A stretch of 64,000 nucleotides of DNA, from NCBI GenBank assembly GCA_963705985.1, contig CAVPLK010000006.1:115022-179021 (forward strand), in the 5' to 3' direction. The position numbers and the translations under genes were made by a program. This document shows positions 51,920 through 60,947 of the stretch, piece after piece. Position 1 is the stretch's first letter; every line of letters starts with the position of its first letter. The stretch comes from an uncultured Gemmatimonadales bacterium. GTDB taxonomy: Bacteria > Gemmatimonadota > Gemmatimonadetes > Gemmatimonadales > GWC2-71-9. A model generated the notes under the pieces. It was not told where the DNA came from. It did no database searches and saw only the letters and a program-made list of their open reading frames with translations.

Positions 51920-52679
51920 ATGTCTGGTGACGATCGTCGCCGGGATCCTGGGCCTGATGGTGGGGAGCTTCCTCAACGTCTGCATTACCCGCTGGCCCGC
52001 GGAACTGTCGGTCATCCGGCCCCGTTCGCGCTGTCCTCGCTGCGAAAAACCGATCGCGTGGTACGACAACGTTCCCGTGATCTCCTGGCTGCTGCTCCGC
52101 GGCAAGTGCCGGGGCTGTGCGCTGCCGATTTCCCCGATGTATCCCGGAGTCGAGCTGCTGACCGGCGCGATCTGGGCGGCGATGGCCTTCGCGTACCCGC
52201 TCGAGCTGACCGGACTCCGCGGGGCGTTGTTCTTCACGATCCTCCTGGGGATCGCGTTGACGGACGCCCGCGAGTACATCATCCCCGATGAGTTCACGTG
52301 GGGCGGCCTGGCGATCGGCCTCCTGTTCAGCCTGGTGGGTGGGCTCCCGACGCTGCTCCCCGCCTTGCTCGGCGCGGTGACCGGCTTCGCCCTCCTCTGG
52401 CTGATCGGATTCGCGGGTCAGTTGATCCTGAAAGAGGAGGCGATGGGCGGCGGAGACGTGAAGATGATGGCCATGGTCGGTGCCTTCGTCGGGTGGCAGG
52501 GAGTGCTGCTGACCATCTTCCTCGGCGCGCTGCTTGGGACCATCATCTTCCTCCCGCTGAGCCTGCTCGGCCGCAAGAAGCTCGTTCCCTTCGGCGTCTT
52601 CCTCTCCCTCGGCGCCGTGGCCACCTGGATCGCCGGTCCGGCCATTATCGCATGGTACACCGCCTACATCGGCTTGTAG
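51909..52679 (+). CDS. pilD: Prepilin peptidase (A24 family)
   Basis: N-terminal Cys cluster CPRC..CRGC, TM-rich body, and catalytic Asp contexts ALTDAREYIIPDE and MGGGDVKMMAMVG. Confidence 0.88.
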   Translation: MTLECLVTIVAGILGLMVGSFLNVCITRWPAELSVIRPRSRCPRCEKPIAWYDNVPVISWLLLRGKCRGCALPISPMYPGVELLTGAIWAAMAFAYPLELTGLRGALFFTILLGIALTDAREYIIPDEFTWGGLAIGLLFSLVGGLPTLLPALLGAVTGFALLWLIGFAGQLILKEEAMGGGDVKMMAMVGAFVGWQGVLLTIFLGALLGTIIFLPLSLLGRKKLVPFGVFLSLGAVATWIAGPAIIAWYTAYIGL

Positions 52680-53857
52680 CCGCCGTCGTCCTGGGGATGG
52701 GCGCGTCGACCGCCTGTCGCGGGGAGGCGCCCGGTGCCTCAGGCGATGCGATCGGCCGCCTGGTCGACAGCCTGCGGCCCGCCGTCGAGCGCACCGTCGG
52801 CCTCCCCTTCAAGGCGCCGCCGCGGTTCGCGGTGCGGTCGCACGCCCAGGTCGCCACCTACCTCGCGACCAAGCTCAACGAGGAACTCCCCCCCGCGCGC
52901 CTCACCGCGATGCACGACGTCTATCGCCTCCTGGGCCAGGTGCCGGACAGCCTCGACATCCGCACGCTCCTCACCGCGCTCTATGAAGAGCAGGTGGCGG
53001 GCTTCTTCGATCCTGACTCGGGGATGCTCTTCGTCTTTGAGGGGAGCGACGTGAAGTCCGCCCAGTTCAAGTTCGTCCTCGCCCACGAACTGGTCCACGC
53101 CCTCCAGTACGATTACCTCGCGCTCGATTCGATCATGCACCAGCGGCGCGATTCGGATCGACTGGCCGCCGCGCAGGCCATGCTCGAAGGACAGGCGACG
53201 CTCGCCTCCATGAAGATGATGGCGCCGGGGCAGGACCTCCTGAGTGACGACGCCATCTGGGAGACCTTCCGGGAACAGCTCGTCTCCGCGCGCGGCTCGA
53301 TGCAGGTGTTCGCCGAAACACCGCGGGTGCTGCAGGAGGGGCTGATCTTTCCGTACCTGGAAGGGGCGGAGTTCGTCCGGTGGTATGAGCGGAACGCGGC
53401 GGAAGCCGGGCAGCCGTACGGCGGCGCGATCCCGGTCTCCACCGAGCAGGTCCTGCACCCGCAACGGTATGCGGCGCACGACCTGCCGGTGGAGGTGCCG
53501 CTCGATACGGTCGGCGCCGCGCCGGGCGAGACAGATGTGATGGGAGAAATGGGGATCGCAACGCTGGTCGCCGACATGGCCGGGGCCGAGGTGGTCAGCA
53601 CCACCATCCCGATCGGCTGGGCCGGGGATCGGTATCGGCTCTACCAGACGCCGGACGGCCCAGCCCTGGTGTGGCTGATCGCCTGGGAGGACCGGCGTGC
53701 CGCCGACCGCTTCCTGGCCGGCACCGGATCCAGGCTGAGCGCCCGCGCCCGGCCTGGCTATCGCACCACCGTCGAATCGTTGGAGGTTGCGGGCCAACCG
53801 GGAGTCCGTGTGGTCATTGCGCCGGTCGCCTGGACCGGCTGGAACACGCTCCCCTAG
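52652..53857 (+). CDS. Putative HExxH zinc-metalloprotease-like lipoprotein
   Basis: ATG 52652 gives MVHRLHRLVAAVVLGMGASTAC (a lipobox-like signal). Contains FVLAHELVHALQYDY. The rest of the listed ORF from 52298 overlaps pilD. Confidence 0.5.
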   Translation: MVHRLHRLVAAVVLGMGASTACRGEAPGASGDAIGRLVDSLRPAVERTVGLPFKAPPRFAVRSHAQVATYLATKLNEELPPARLTAMHDVYRLLGQVPDSLDIRTLLTALYEEQVAGFFDPDSGMLFVFEGSDVKSAQFKFVLAHELVHALQYDYLALDSIMHQRRDSDRLAAAQAMLEGQATLASMKMMAPGQDLLSDDAIWETFREQLVSARGSMQVFAETPRVLQEGLIFPYLEGAEFVRWYERNAAEAGQPYGGAIPVSTEQVLHPQRYAAHDLPVEVPLDTVGAAPGETDVMGEMGIATLVADMAGAEVVSTTIPIGWAGDRYRLYQTPDGPALVWLIAWEDRRAADRFLAGTGSRLSARARPGYRTTVESLEVAGQPGVRVVIAPVAWTGWNTLP

Positions 53858-54111
53858 TTCAGGCGCAGCCGGGCGCCGGCCCGCTGGCGTTCCCGCTCGA
53901 CGTCGGCCAGTGCCCGCGAGGACATCGCCGCGATCTCCATGACCCGCGCCAGAAAGGCGAGGCCGAGGGTCAGCTCTTCGTCCGTGAGCCGGCGGGCGGC
54001 CGCGGTGGCGTGCCTGGGACCCCGGCCGACCGCTTCGGCAAGCCCGTCCGCCACCTGCGCCGCCTTCTCGATGTCCGCCTCTAACTCCCGTGGCTCCGGC
54101 AACAATCCCAT
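53854..54111 (-). CDS. Small hypothetical helical protein (85 aa)
   Basis: ATG 54111 gives MGLLPEPRELEADIEKAAQV... The upstream part of the listed ORF (to 54561) overlaps the DUF445 gene and was discarded. Confidence 0.35.
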   Translation of the reverse strand: MGLLPEPRELEADIEKAAQVADGLAEAVGRGPRHATAAARRLTDEELTLGLAFLARVMEIAAMSSRALADVERERQRAGARLRLN

Positions 54112-54221
54112 GCGCCCCTCCAGCGTGATGAGTCGGGAGGCACCAAGCTCCCGTCGCTCAACGGTAGGGGCGAGGCGCCGGCCCGCGTCATCATCCCGAC
54201 GCGCCTGGTGGCTTGGCGCGG

Positions 54222-55784
54222 CTAGCGCAGCGCCTGATTGAGTCCGAAGGCGATCAGGCCCACCACCGCCCCGAGGACGTAGCCGAGCCGCACGATCAGG
54301 GTGAGCTCGCGCTGAGTGACGTTGCGGATGATCTCCTCCATCCGCTGCGTCGAGAACCCCAGCACCTTCTGCTCCACCATCTCCTGCACCTTGAAGTGGG
54401 CGACGACGACCGGAACCTGCCGCTCGGTCCACCCCCAGGCGGCATTGAGAATACTGGTGCGCACGCGCGCGGTGGCCTCGCTGCCGAGCCAGGTCGAGGG
54501 CCGGCCGAGCGGGCGCTGGAGCAGGGCGCGAATCGCACTGCGCCCCGTGTCCGCCACCCATCGCCGGCCTTCCACCCCGCCGGCCGCCTCGGCGACAAAT
54601 CGCGCGATGCGCGCGGGCGGAACGGCTCCGAGCAGGTCGTTCCAGGTTCGGCGCTCCGTGGCGTCGAGCAGGCGGCCGACCGCCCGGCGCGCGACGGTTT
54701 GCGTGGTATCGTCGCGGGCGACCTTGACCAGCCAGTCGCCGAGCGTACCGGCCAGCGCTGCCTGTTTCTCGGGTCCCATGCCCGCGAGCCGATCCCGCAG
54801 CGGAATCCGGAGGAAGCTCACCAGCCCGTCGTTCACCGCCCGCGTCAACTGGCCCCGCATCTCCGGCGTGGCGAGTGATTCGGCGAATCGCTCGAAACCC
54901 TCGCGCTCCAGGCCGTCAAGCAATCGCGTGAACGTCTGGTCCGTGACGACGAGCTTGGCCAGCAACCGCTCGTGCAGAAGCAGGTCGCGCACCGCCCGGT
55001 CGAACGCCGTCCGCAGCGCGAGGTGGATCTTCCCCTTGGAATCGGGGTCGGCGAGCACCGCGCCGATGCGCTCGATGGCCACCGGCAGGTAATCGCTGAT
55101 CGAGGCCTCGACGGTCCCCAGGAGCCCGGGGGGAAGCCGATCGATCAACGGCTGGTCGTCCCGCCCCAGCCGCTCCAGTTGCACGTCGACGAAGTGTCGG
55201 AGGGCGCCCTCGAGATCCGCGCCCTCGGTGAACTGACGGAGCCACCCGTCCACCCGCTCCTCGACGGCGCCGCGTCGGTCCGCGGTCAGCAGCTCCCCGA
55301 TCGGCCGATCGCCGTACTTCGCCTGCAAGTCCCCCATCCACCGCTCGGCCAGCGTCTCGAAGGCCGGGCCGGTCATGTACGCCGCGAGCTCATCCGCCAT
55401 GCGCTCGCCGATCTGATCAATCCAGCGTTCGAGGTCCACGCCCATCGATGGGGGGATCAGGTCAATCAGCGGGCCCCGCTCCTGATCCAACATCTCGTCC
55501 AGAAACCCGCTCAGGGCCGCGTCGAACGCCGCCCGGACCTCCGGGGCCGAGAGTCGCTGGGAGAGATCCGCGGGTGTGAGGAGCTTCTCCCCGACGGTCT
55601 TGCCGATGCTCTTGGCCAGCCTCGCCTTGTTCTTGGGAATGGCGCCGTGCAGGCGTAACGGCCAGCGCCCACGTTGCTCGTAGGGGTGGAACAACATCCA
55701 GATGGCCACCGCATTCGTGAGTCCACCGGAAATGGCGCCAACGGCCACCGTCAGGAGGCCTGCCAGGAGGGTTTGGGAGTCCAT
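54222..55784 (-). CDS. DUF445-family membrane protein
   Basis: N-terminal GGLTNAVAIWMLFHP signature, a long helical middle and a C-terminal TM segment LGYVLGAVVGLIAFGL. Confidence 0.7.
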   Translation of the reverse strand: MDSQTLLAGLLTVAVGAISGGLTNAVAIWMLFHPYEQRGRWPLRLHGAIPKNKARLAKSIGKTVGEKLLTPADLSQRLSAPEVRAAFDAALSGFLDEMLDQERGPLIDLIPPSMGVDLERWIDQIGERMADELAAYMTGPAFETLAERWMGDLQAKYGDRPIGELLTADRRGAVEERVDGWLRQFTEGADLEGALRHFVDVQLERLGRDDQPLIDRLPPGLLGTVEASISDYLPVAIERIGAVLADPDSKGKIHLALRTAFDRAVRDLLLHERLLAKLVVTDQTFTRLLDGLEREGFERFAESLATPEMRGQLTRAVNDGLVSFLRIPLRDRLAGMGPEKQAALAGTLGDWLVKVARDDTTQTVARRAVGRLLDATERRTWNDLLGAVPPARIARFVAEAAGGVEGRRWVADTGRSAIRALLQRPLGRPSTWLGSEATARVRTSILNAAWGWTERQVPVVVAHFKVQEMVEQKVLGFSTQRMEEIIRNVTQRELTLIVRLGYVLGAVVGLIAFGLNQALR

Positions 55785-55971
55785 TCAGGAGTATAGGGGG
55801 GCCGGCAGCCCGCGCGGCAGGGTGCCGATTCGGCCGATTCAGGCTCCAGAATTGCAGAGGTATGGCCCGGATAGCCTCGGGTTCCCCTCCGTTCGAGGGG
55901 CCTCCGGGGCGGATTTGCCGTGCAGTTTCCCCCAACTCGAGGGCCCTGAATGCGGGGTTTCGGACGGCCTG

Positions 55972-58752
55972 ATGACGACCAGTGAGGTCGTGAATGCCAC
56001 CCCGGATCGGCGGTCGCGGAGGAGTTCCTTCCCGCCCGTCGGACCGCTGGCGTTCCTGACGGCCGTCTATGGGTTGGCCTACCTGTTTTGGGAGCGCTCC
56101 GGCATCGGGAGCGACGGGGTCCGGGATCTGGTCGGCAACGTCGGTTTCATCCCGCTTAACCTGGCGCTCGCCACGCTGTGCTTCCTGGCCTCCACGCGCA
56201 TGGTACTCGACCCCGGAGTCCGCCGGGCACTTCGGCTCATGGGGATCGGGTCGCTGGCGGTCCTGATCGGCAACGGCATTTCGGTCTATTACGTCCTGGC
56301 CAGGGGCGAAAGTCCGGCGGTGAGCTGGGCGGACCTCTTCTACCTCGCTGACAGTCTGTGCCTGCTTACCGCCCTGCTGGCCTTTCCGCTCTCCCGTCGG
56401 ATTCATCTCGAGTGGTGGAAGTTCGTCCTCGACGCCACGATGGTGCTCGTGGGCGGCGGGGTGATGATCTGGTATTTCACGGTGCGTCCGGGCGCTCCCG
56501 GGCTCGTGCCAGGAATTGCCGCGACCGTGATCACCTACGCCTTCCCGCTCGCCAGCCTGCTGGTGTTGCTGGGAATCACGTCGGTGCTCCTCCGCGGGCC
56601 TATCGATCGCAATCGGTGGGCGTTCGGGCTCCTCGTGGCAGGCGTACTGCTGAGTGTCATCGCCGACCTGACCTTCGGGCTGGTGCAGTTCGCGACCGGG
56701 GAGCGGGGCGCCACCCTGGTCGATGCGGTGTATCTGATGGTGTACCTCCTGATGATCGCGAGCGCGGAGCTCTACGCTCGGCGGCCCGTGCCGAGAACGG
56801 CCGGAACCGAGGAGTATCAGCCCCGGTCGCAATCCCTCAGTCCGCTGCCGTACCTCGCCGTGGGTATCACCTTCGGTCTCCTGCTGTTCGAGGCGTTCAA
56901 GCCGGGCCGGGAACCGGTCACCGAGCTCGCCGTGGGGGCGCTGGTCATCACCGGCCTGGTCGTTGTTCGGCAGCTGCTGGCGGTCCGCCAGAACGTACGA
57001 CTGCTGGCCGAGACGGCCGCGAGGCAGAACGAGGCCCGGTTCCGCTCGCTGGTGCAGCATTCCTCGGACGTGATTCTCGTGGTCGAGTCCGACGGGACCA
57101 TTCAGTACGTCAGCCCCTCCGCCTCGCGCGTCCTGCGCTACGATCCGGAACGGTTGCTCGGATTGCCGGTCCAGTCGCTCCTCGTGGTGGGCGACCGCGA
57201 CCGGGCGAATGCATTTCTCGGCGATGCCGGCCGGACGTCCAGTCTGCCGGCCCCGATCGAGTGGGGATTTCGCCAACCCGACGGCTCGGCGCTGCACACC
57301 GAGACCATCGCCACGAACCTCATCAACGACCCCACCGTGCAGGGGATCGTGCTGAACATCCGGGATGTCAGTGAGCGGCAGCGCCTGCGGGACGAGCTGG
57401 TCCACCAGGCCTTCCACGATTCCCTGACCGGGCTGGCGAACCGGGCGCTCTTCCGCGACCGTGTCAGCCACGCCCTGGCCATTGCCCGCCGGCAGGGCCG
57501 GGAAATCACCGTCCTCTACATCGATCTGGATGATTTCAAGAAGGTCAACGACAGCCTGGGCCACGCCGAGGGGGACCAGTTGCTGCGACTCGCGGCGGAA
57601 CGGTTCCTCGCCTGCGCCCGGGCGACGGACACGGTCGCTCGGCTCGGCGGCGACGAGTTCGGCATCCTGATCGAGGATGTCCATGGCAACGACGGCACCT
57701 CGGTGCTGGTCGACCGACTCGCCGCAGCCATGCACGCCCCGTTCCATCTGGGTCACAACGAAGTCCACGTGTCGCTGAGCTTCGGGATTGCCATCGCCGT
57801 GGGCGACGAGACGGCCGACGACCTGATGCGCAACTCCGATCTGGCGATGTACACCGCCAAGCGGCAGGGCAAGGGACGGTTCGCGACGTACGAGTCGAAG
57901 ATGGTGTCCGATTCCCGGCACCGGCTGGAGATGGAGGCCGCGCTGCGGGGGGCCATCGAGCGCGAAGAACTCGTCCTCCACTATCAGCCGATCATGCATC
58001 TGCGGTCTGGAGAGATCTTCGGGTTCGAGGCGCTGGTCCGGTGGAACCACCCGAAGTACGGGCATCTCCTCCCGAGCCATTTCGTCCCGTTGGCGGAGGA
58101 GACCGGCCTGATCGTGCGCCTGGGCGGGTGGGTCCTGCGGGAGGCGTGTACCCAGATTCATCGGTGGCGCGTCGCCTACCCAGGCTCCAGCTGGATGATG
58201 AGCGTGAATCTGTCCGGGCGGCAGTTGCAGGAGCCGGACCTGGTGCTGGAGACCCGCCGGGCGCTGGGGGTGACCGGAGTGGATCCCTCCGCCCTGGTCC
58301 TCGAGATCACCGAAAGCGTCCTCATGCAGCAAGCCGACTCGGCGCAGCAACAGCTCCGGGCCATGAAGGCGCTCGGCGTCGGCCTCGCCATCGACGATTT
58401 CGGCACCGGGTACTCCTCGCTGAGCTATCTGCAGCGCTTCCCGATCGACATCCTGAAGATTGCCAAGCCGTTCATCGACGACGTCGGGGCGGGCGCCGAA
58501 AAGTCGGCGCTGGCTCGCGCCATCATCGGCCTGGGCGACACGCTGAAGCTGAAGACGATCGCCGAGGGCGTGGAGGTCGCCGCCCAGCGGGAGGCGCTGG
58601 TGACCCTCGGGTGCGAGCTGGGGCAGGGGCATTACTTCGCGAAGGCGATGCCGGTTGATGGGGTTGAGCGGATGTTGGAAGAGGCGGGGAAGCGGGGAAG
58701 CGGGGCTGGGCGGCAGGGGGGCAGGGTGGCGGCCTCTCCCGAGCGGAAGTGA
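55972..58752 (+). CDS. Membrane-bound PAS-GGDEF-EAL cyclic-di-GMP signalling protein
   Basis: Multi-TM N terminus, PAS (FRSLVQHSSDVILVVESDGTIQYVSPS), GGDEF (RLGGDEFGILIED), EAL (FEALVRWNHP.., DDFGTGYSSLSYL). I chose ATG 55972 because the listed start 55702 overlaps the DUF445 gene. Confidence 0.88.
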   Translation: MTTSEVVNATPDRRSRRSSFPPVGPLAFLTAVYGLAYLFWERSGIGSDGVRDLVGNVGFIPLNLALATLCFLASTRMVLDPGVRRALRLMGIGSLAVLIGNGISVYYVLARGESPAVSWADLFYLADSLCLLTALLAFPLSRRIHLEWWKFVLDATMVLVGGGVMIWYFTVRPGAPGLVPGIAATVITYAFPLASLLVLLGITSVLLRGPIDRNRWAFGLLVAGVLLSVIADLTFGLVQFATGERGATLVDAVYLMVYLLMIASAELYARRPVPRTAGTEEYQPRSQSLSPLPYLAVGITFGLLLFEAFKPGREPVTELAVGALVITGLVVVRQLLAVRQNVRLLAETAARQNEARFRSLVQHSSDVILVVESDGTIQYVSPSASRVLRYDPERLLGLPVQSLLVVGDRDRANAFLGDAGRTSSLPAPIEWGFRQPDGSALHTETIATNLINDPTVQGIVLNIRDVSERQRLRDELVHQAFHDSLTGLANRALFRDRVSHALAIARRQGREITVLYIDLDDFKKVNDSLGHAEGDQLLRLAAERFLACARATDTVARLGGDEFGILIEDVHGNDGTSVLVDRLAAAMHAPFHLGHNEVHVSLSFGIAIAVGDETADDLMRNSDLAMYTAKRQGKGRFATYESKMVSDSRHRLEMEAALRGAIEREELVLHYQPIMHLRSGEIFGFEALVRWNHPKYGHLLPSHFVPLAEETGLIVRLGGWVLREACTQIHRWRVAYPGSSWMMSVNLSGRQLQEPDLVLETRRALGVTGVDPSALVLEITESVLMQQADSAQQQLRAMKALGVGLAIDDFGTGYSSLSYLQRFPIDILKIAKPFIDDVGAGAEKSALARAIIGLGDTLKLKTIAEGVEVAAQREALVTLGCELGQGHYFAKAMPVDGVERMLEEAGKRGSGAGRQGGRVAASPERK

Positions 58753-58808
58753 TACCGCCAGCATTAACATGATACTGACGCAGGGGGAGTCTGCTTGTAT
58801 GGTCCGGC

Positions 58809-59213
58809 ATGCGCCCCGTCGGCACCCAGGCACCTGGCAAGCGTTTCGAGTCTCTCAAGGCGTGGCAGGCAGCGCAGGCTTTGGCCCTGGCCATTTACCG
58901 GGCCACAGAGGCATGGCCTGACCACGAACGATTCGGCTTGATCTCGCAGGCCCGTCGAGCTGCCGTGTCCGTCAGCGCAACTATCGCCGAGGGATCCGCG
59001 AAGCGCGGAAACCGGGAGTTCAGACGGTTTCTGGATATTGCGATCGGTTCGTTGGCTGAGATTCAGGTGTATCTTCTTATGGCAAAAGCGCTTGGGTATG
59101 CCAGTCCGGCCGCTTGGGGCGAGCTTGAAGCCCTCCGCGATCACGCGGGGATGCTTACCTGGGGCCTGTATCGCTCGATTGGGGCACGCGAACCCTCGAA
59201 GTCGTTAGCTTGA
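58809..59213 (+). CDS. Four-helix-bundle protein of the 23S rRNA intervening-sequence / Avd family
   Basis: 134 aa. FESLKAWQAAQALALAIYRAT, ISQARRAAVSVSATIAEGSAKR and FLDIAIGSLAEIQVYLLMA are typical of this family. It is visibly more A/T at third codon positions than its neighbours. Confidence 0.75.
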   Translation: MRPVGTQAPGKRFESLKAWQAAQALALAIYRATEAWPDHERFGLISQARRAAVSVSATIAEGSAKRGNREFRRFLDIAIGSLAEIQVYLLMAKALGYASPAAWGELEALRDHAGMLTWGLYRSIGAREPSKSLA

Positions 59214-59285
59214 CCTGCCTCCCTGCCTCCCTGCCTCCCTGCCTCCCTGCCTCCCTGCCTCCCTGCCTCCCTGCCTCCCTGCCTC
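59214..59285. repeat. Perfect tandem repeat, 9 copies of the octamer CCTGCCTC
   Basis: I counted it directly: units start at 59214, 59222, 59230, 59238, 59246, 59254, 59262, 59270 and 59278. It begins immediately after the TGA of the four-helix-bundle gene and ends 42 nt before the ffh ATG. Confidence 0.97.
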
Positions 59286-59327
59286 CCCATTGCCCCAAGC
59301 CCTTAATCCGCTTACGTTTCAGGGCTT

Positions 59328-60659
59328 ATGTTCGACGAGCTTTCCTCCAAACTGTCCGACACGCTCCGCCGGTTGGCGGGCCGTGGCGTCCTGACGGAGG
59401 ACGCAGTCAAAGAGGGGCTCCGCGAGGTCCGTCGGATCCTGCTTGAGGCCGACGTCAGCTTCGACCTGACGCGCGAATTTCTCGAGCGGGTGCAGGCGCG
59501 CGCGGTCGGCACTGAAGCGCTTAAGTCGGTGCGCCCCGGCCAGCAGGTCGTCAAGATCGTGTACGACGAACTGGTCGCCTTGCTCGGCGAAAAACAGGCG
59601 CCGATCGCCTTCGCCTCCGTGCCGCCGACGGTCATCCTGATCGTGGGGCTGCAGGGATCCGGCAAGACGACTACCGCCGGCAAGCTGGCCAAGCGGCTGA
59701 AGCTGGAGCAGAAGGCGCCGTTCTTGGTGGCCGCCGATGTGTACCGGCCGGCGGCGGTGGATCAGCTGGTCACGGTGGCGGGACAGGCGGGCGTCGGGGT
59801 GCACGCGGAGCCGGGTGTCACCGATGTGGTCGGCATCGTGCGGCGCGGGATCGAGGCGGCCGGCAGGGCGCGGGCGCGGACCGTACTGGTCGACACCGCC
59901 GGCCGGCTGCAGATCGACAGCGAGATGATGGAGGAGCTGGCGCGGTTGAAGGCCGCGATCAAGCCCCATGAGATCTTGCTCGTGGCCGACGGGATGACCG
60001 GACAGGATGCGGTCCGGATCGCCGGCGGGTTCCACGCGGCGCTGGGGATCACCGGCGTGATCCTCACCAAGATGGACGGCGATGCGCGGGGTGGCGCCGC
60101 CCTGTCCATCTACGGAGTGACGAAGGCGCCGATCAAGTTCATCGGTGTCGGCGAGAAGCTCGATGCGCTGGAGCCGTTCATCCCGGAGCGGATGGCCGGC
60201 CGGATCCTCCAGCAGGGCGACGTGCTGAGCCTGGTGGAAAAGGCGCAGTCCTCGCTGGACGAGGAAGAGTCGAATCGGCTCGCCAAGAAGGTGGTGTCGA
60301 AGCGGGGCATGGACTTGCAGGATTTCCTGTCGGCCATGCGCCAGATGCAGAAGCTCGGACCGCTCAAGAACGTGCTGGGCATGTTGCCGGGTGTGAACGC
60401 CCAGATGCTGAAGCAGGCCAACGTGGGCGAGGACCGGCTGAAGCATGTCGAGGCCATCGTCCTCTCGATGACCCCGCGGGAACGGCAGAATCCCGACCTG
60501 CTCAACGGGTCGCGGCGGAGCCGGATCGCCCGGGGCAGCGGCCGCACGGTGCAGGAAGTGAATCAGTTGATGGCGCAGTTCAAGCAGATGCAGAAGTACA
60601 TGAAGTCGGCAGGCAAACCCGGCGCTCGCATGCCTTTTGGGCGCGGGTTTCCCGGCTGA
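59328..60659 (+). CDS. ffh: Signal recognition particle protein Ffh
   Basis: MFDELSSKLSDTLRRL.., GLQGSGKTTT, DTAGRL, TKMDGDARGG, and a Met-rich M domain. Confidence 0.97.
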   Translation: MFDELSSKLSDTLRRLAGRGVLTEDAVKEGLREVRRILLEADVSFDLTREFLERVQARAVGTEALKSVRPGQQVVKIVYDELVALLGEKQAPIAFASVPPTVILIVGLQGSGKTTTAGKLAKRLKLEQKAPFLVAADVYRPAAVDQLVTVAGQAGVGVHAEPGVTDVVGIVRRGIEAAGRARARTVLVDTAGRLQIDSEMMEELARLKAAIKPHEILLVADGMTGQDAVRIAGGFHAALGITGVILTKMDGDARGGAALSIYGVTKAPIKFIGVGEKLDALEPFIPERMAGRILQQGDVLSLVEKAQSSLDEEESNRLAKKVVSKRGMDLQDFLSAMRQMQKLGPLKNVLGMLPGVNAQMLKQANVGEDRLKHVEAIVLSMTPRERQNPDLLNGSRRSRIARGSGRTVQEVNQLMAQFKQMQKYMKSAGKPGARMPFGRGFPG

Positions 60660-60683
60660 GCACGTAACCCAAGGGATCGATAC

Positions 60684-60947
60684 ATGGCAACTCGCATTCG
60701 TCTCCGTCGCGTCGGGCGGAAGAAGCTCCCGCTGTACCGCATCGTGGTCGCCGAGAAGACGGCCCCGCGTGATGGTCGGTTTATCGAGGTCATCGGCACC
60801 TATGCGCCGAAGGCCAAGCTGGAAGCCGATCAGATTACCGTCGACGCCGAGAAGGCGCGCGCCTGGCTGGCCAAGGGCGCCACGGCCTCCGAGACGGTGA
60901 ACTCGCTGCTGCGGAAGGCCGGGCTCTTCAAGACGCCGACGGCCTGA
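60684..60947 (+). CDS. rpsP: 30S ribosomal protein S16
   Basis: MATRIRLRRVGRKKLPLYRIVVAE.., 87 aa. Conserved ffh-rpsP-rimM-trmD-rplS order. Confidence 0.96.
   Translation: MATRIRLRRVGRKKLPLYRIVVAEKTAPRDGRFIEVIGTYAPKAKLEADQITVDAEKARAWLAKGATASETVNSLLRKAGLFKTPTA

Noticed and set aside
55462-58833. The 1123-aa minus-strand ORF.
   Set aside because: It is antisense to the PAS-GGDEF-EAL gene, whose motifs are unambiguous. The translation is Arg/Pro/Gly-rich with no motifs. It is a high-GC shadow ORF. The same reasoning applies to 862..2565, 5657..7171, 19649..21073, 39174..40490, 40772..43060 and 47845..49707.
58809-59213. The Avd-like gene as part of a diversity-generating retroelement.
   Set aside because: I found no reverse transcriptase ORF and no template/variable repeat pair within the window. 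The flanking genes are ordinary chromosomal genes.
59214-59285. A possible CRISPR array.
   Set aside because: The units are 8 bp and directly abutting with no spacers, and there are no cas genes in the window. It is a microsatellite-type tandem repeat.
59210-59446. The 78-aa ORF encoding repeated CLPASLPP.
   Set aside because: This is simply the translation of the 8-bp tandem repeat (period 24 nt). It then runs out of frame into the ffh 5' end. There is no independent coding evidence.
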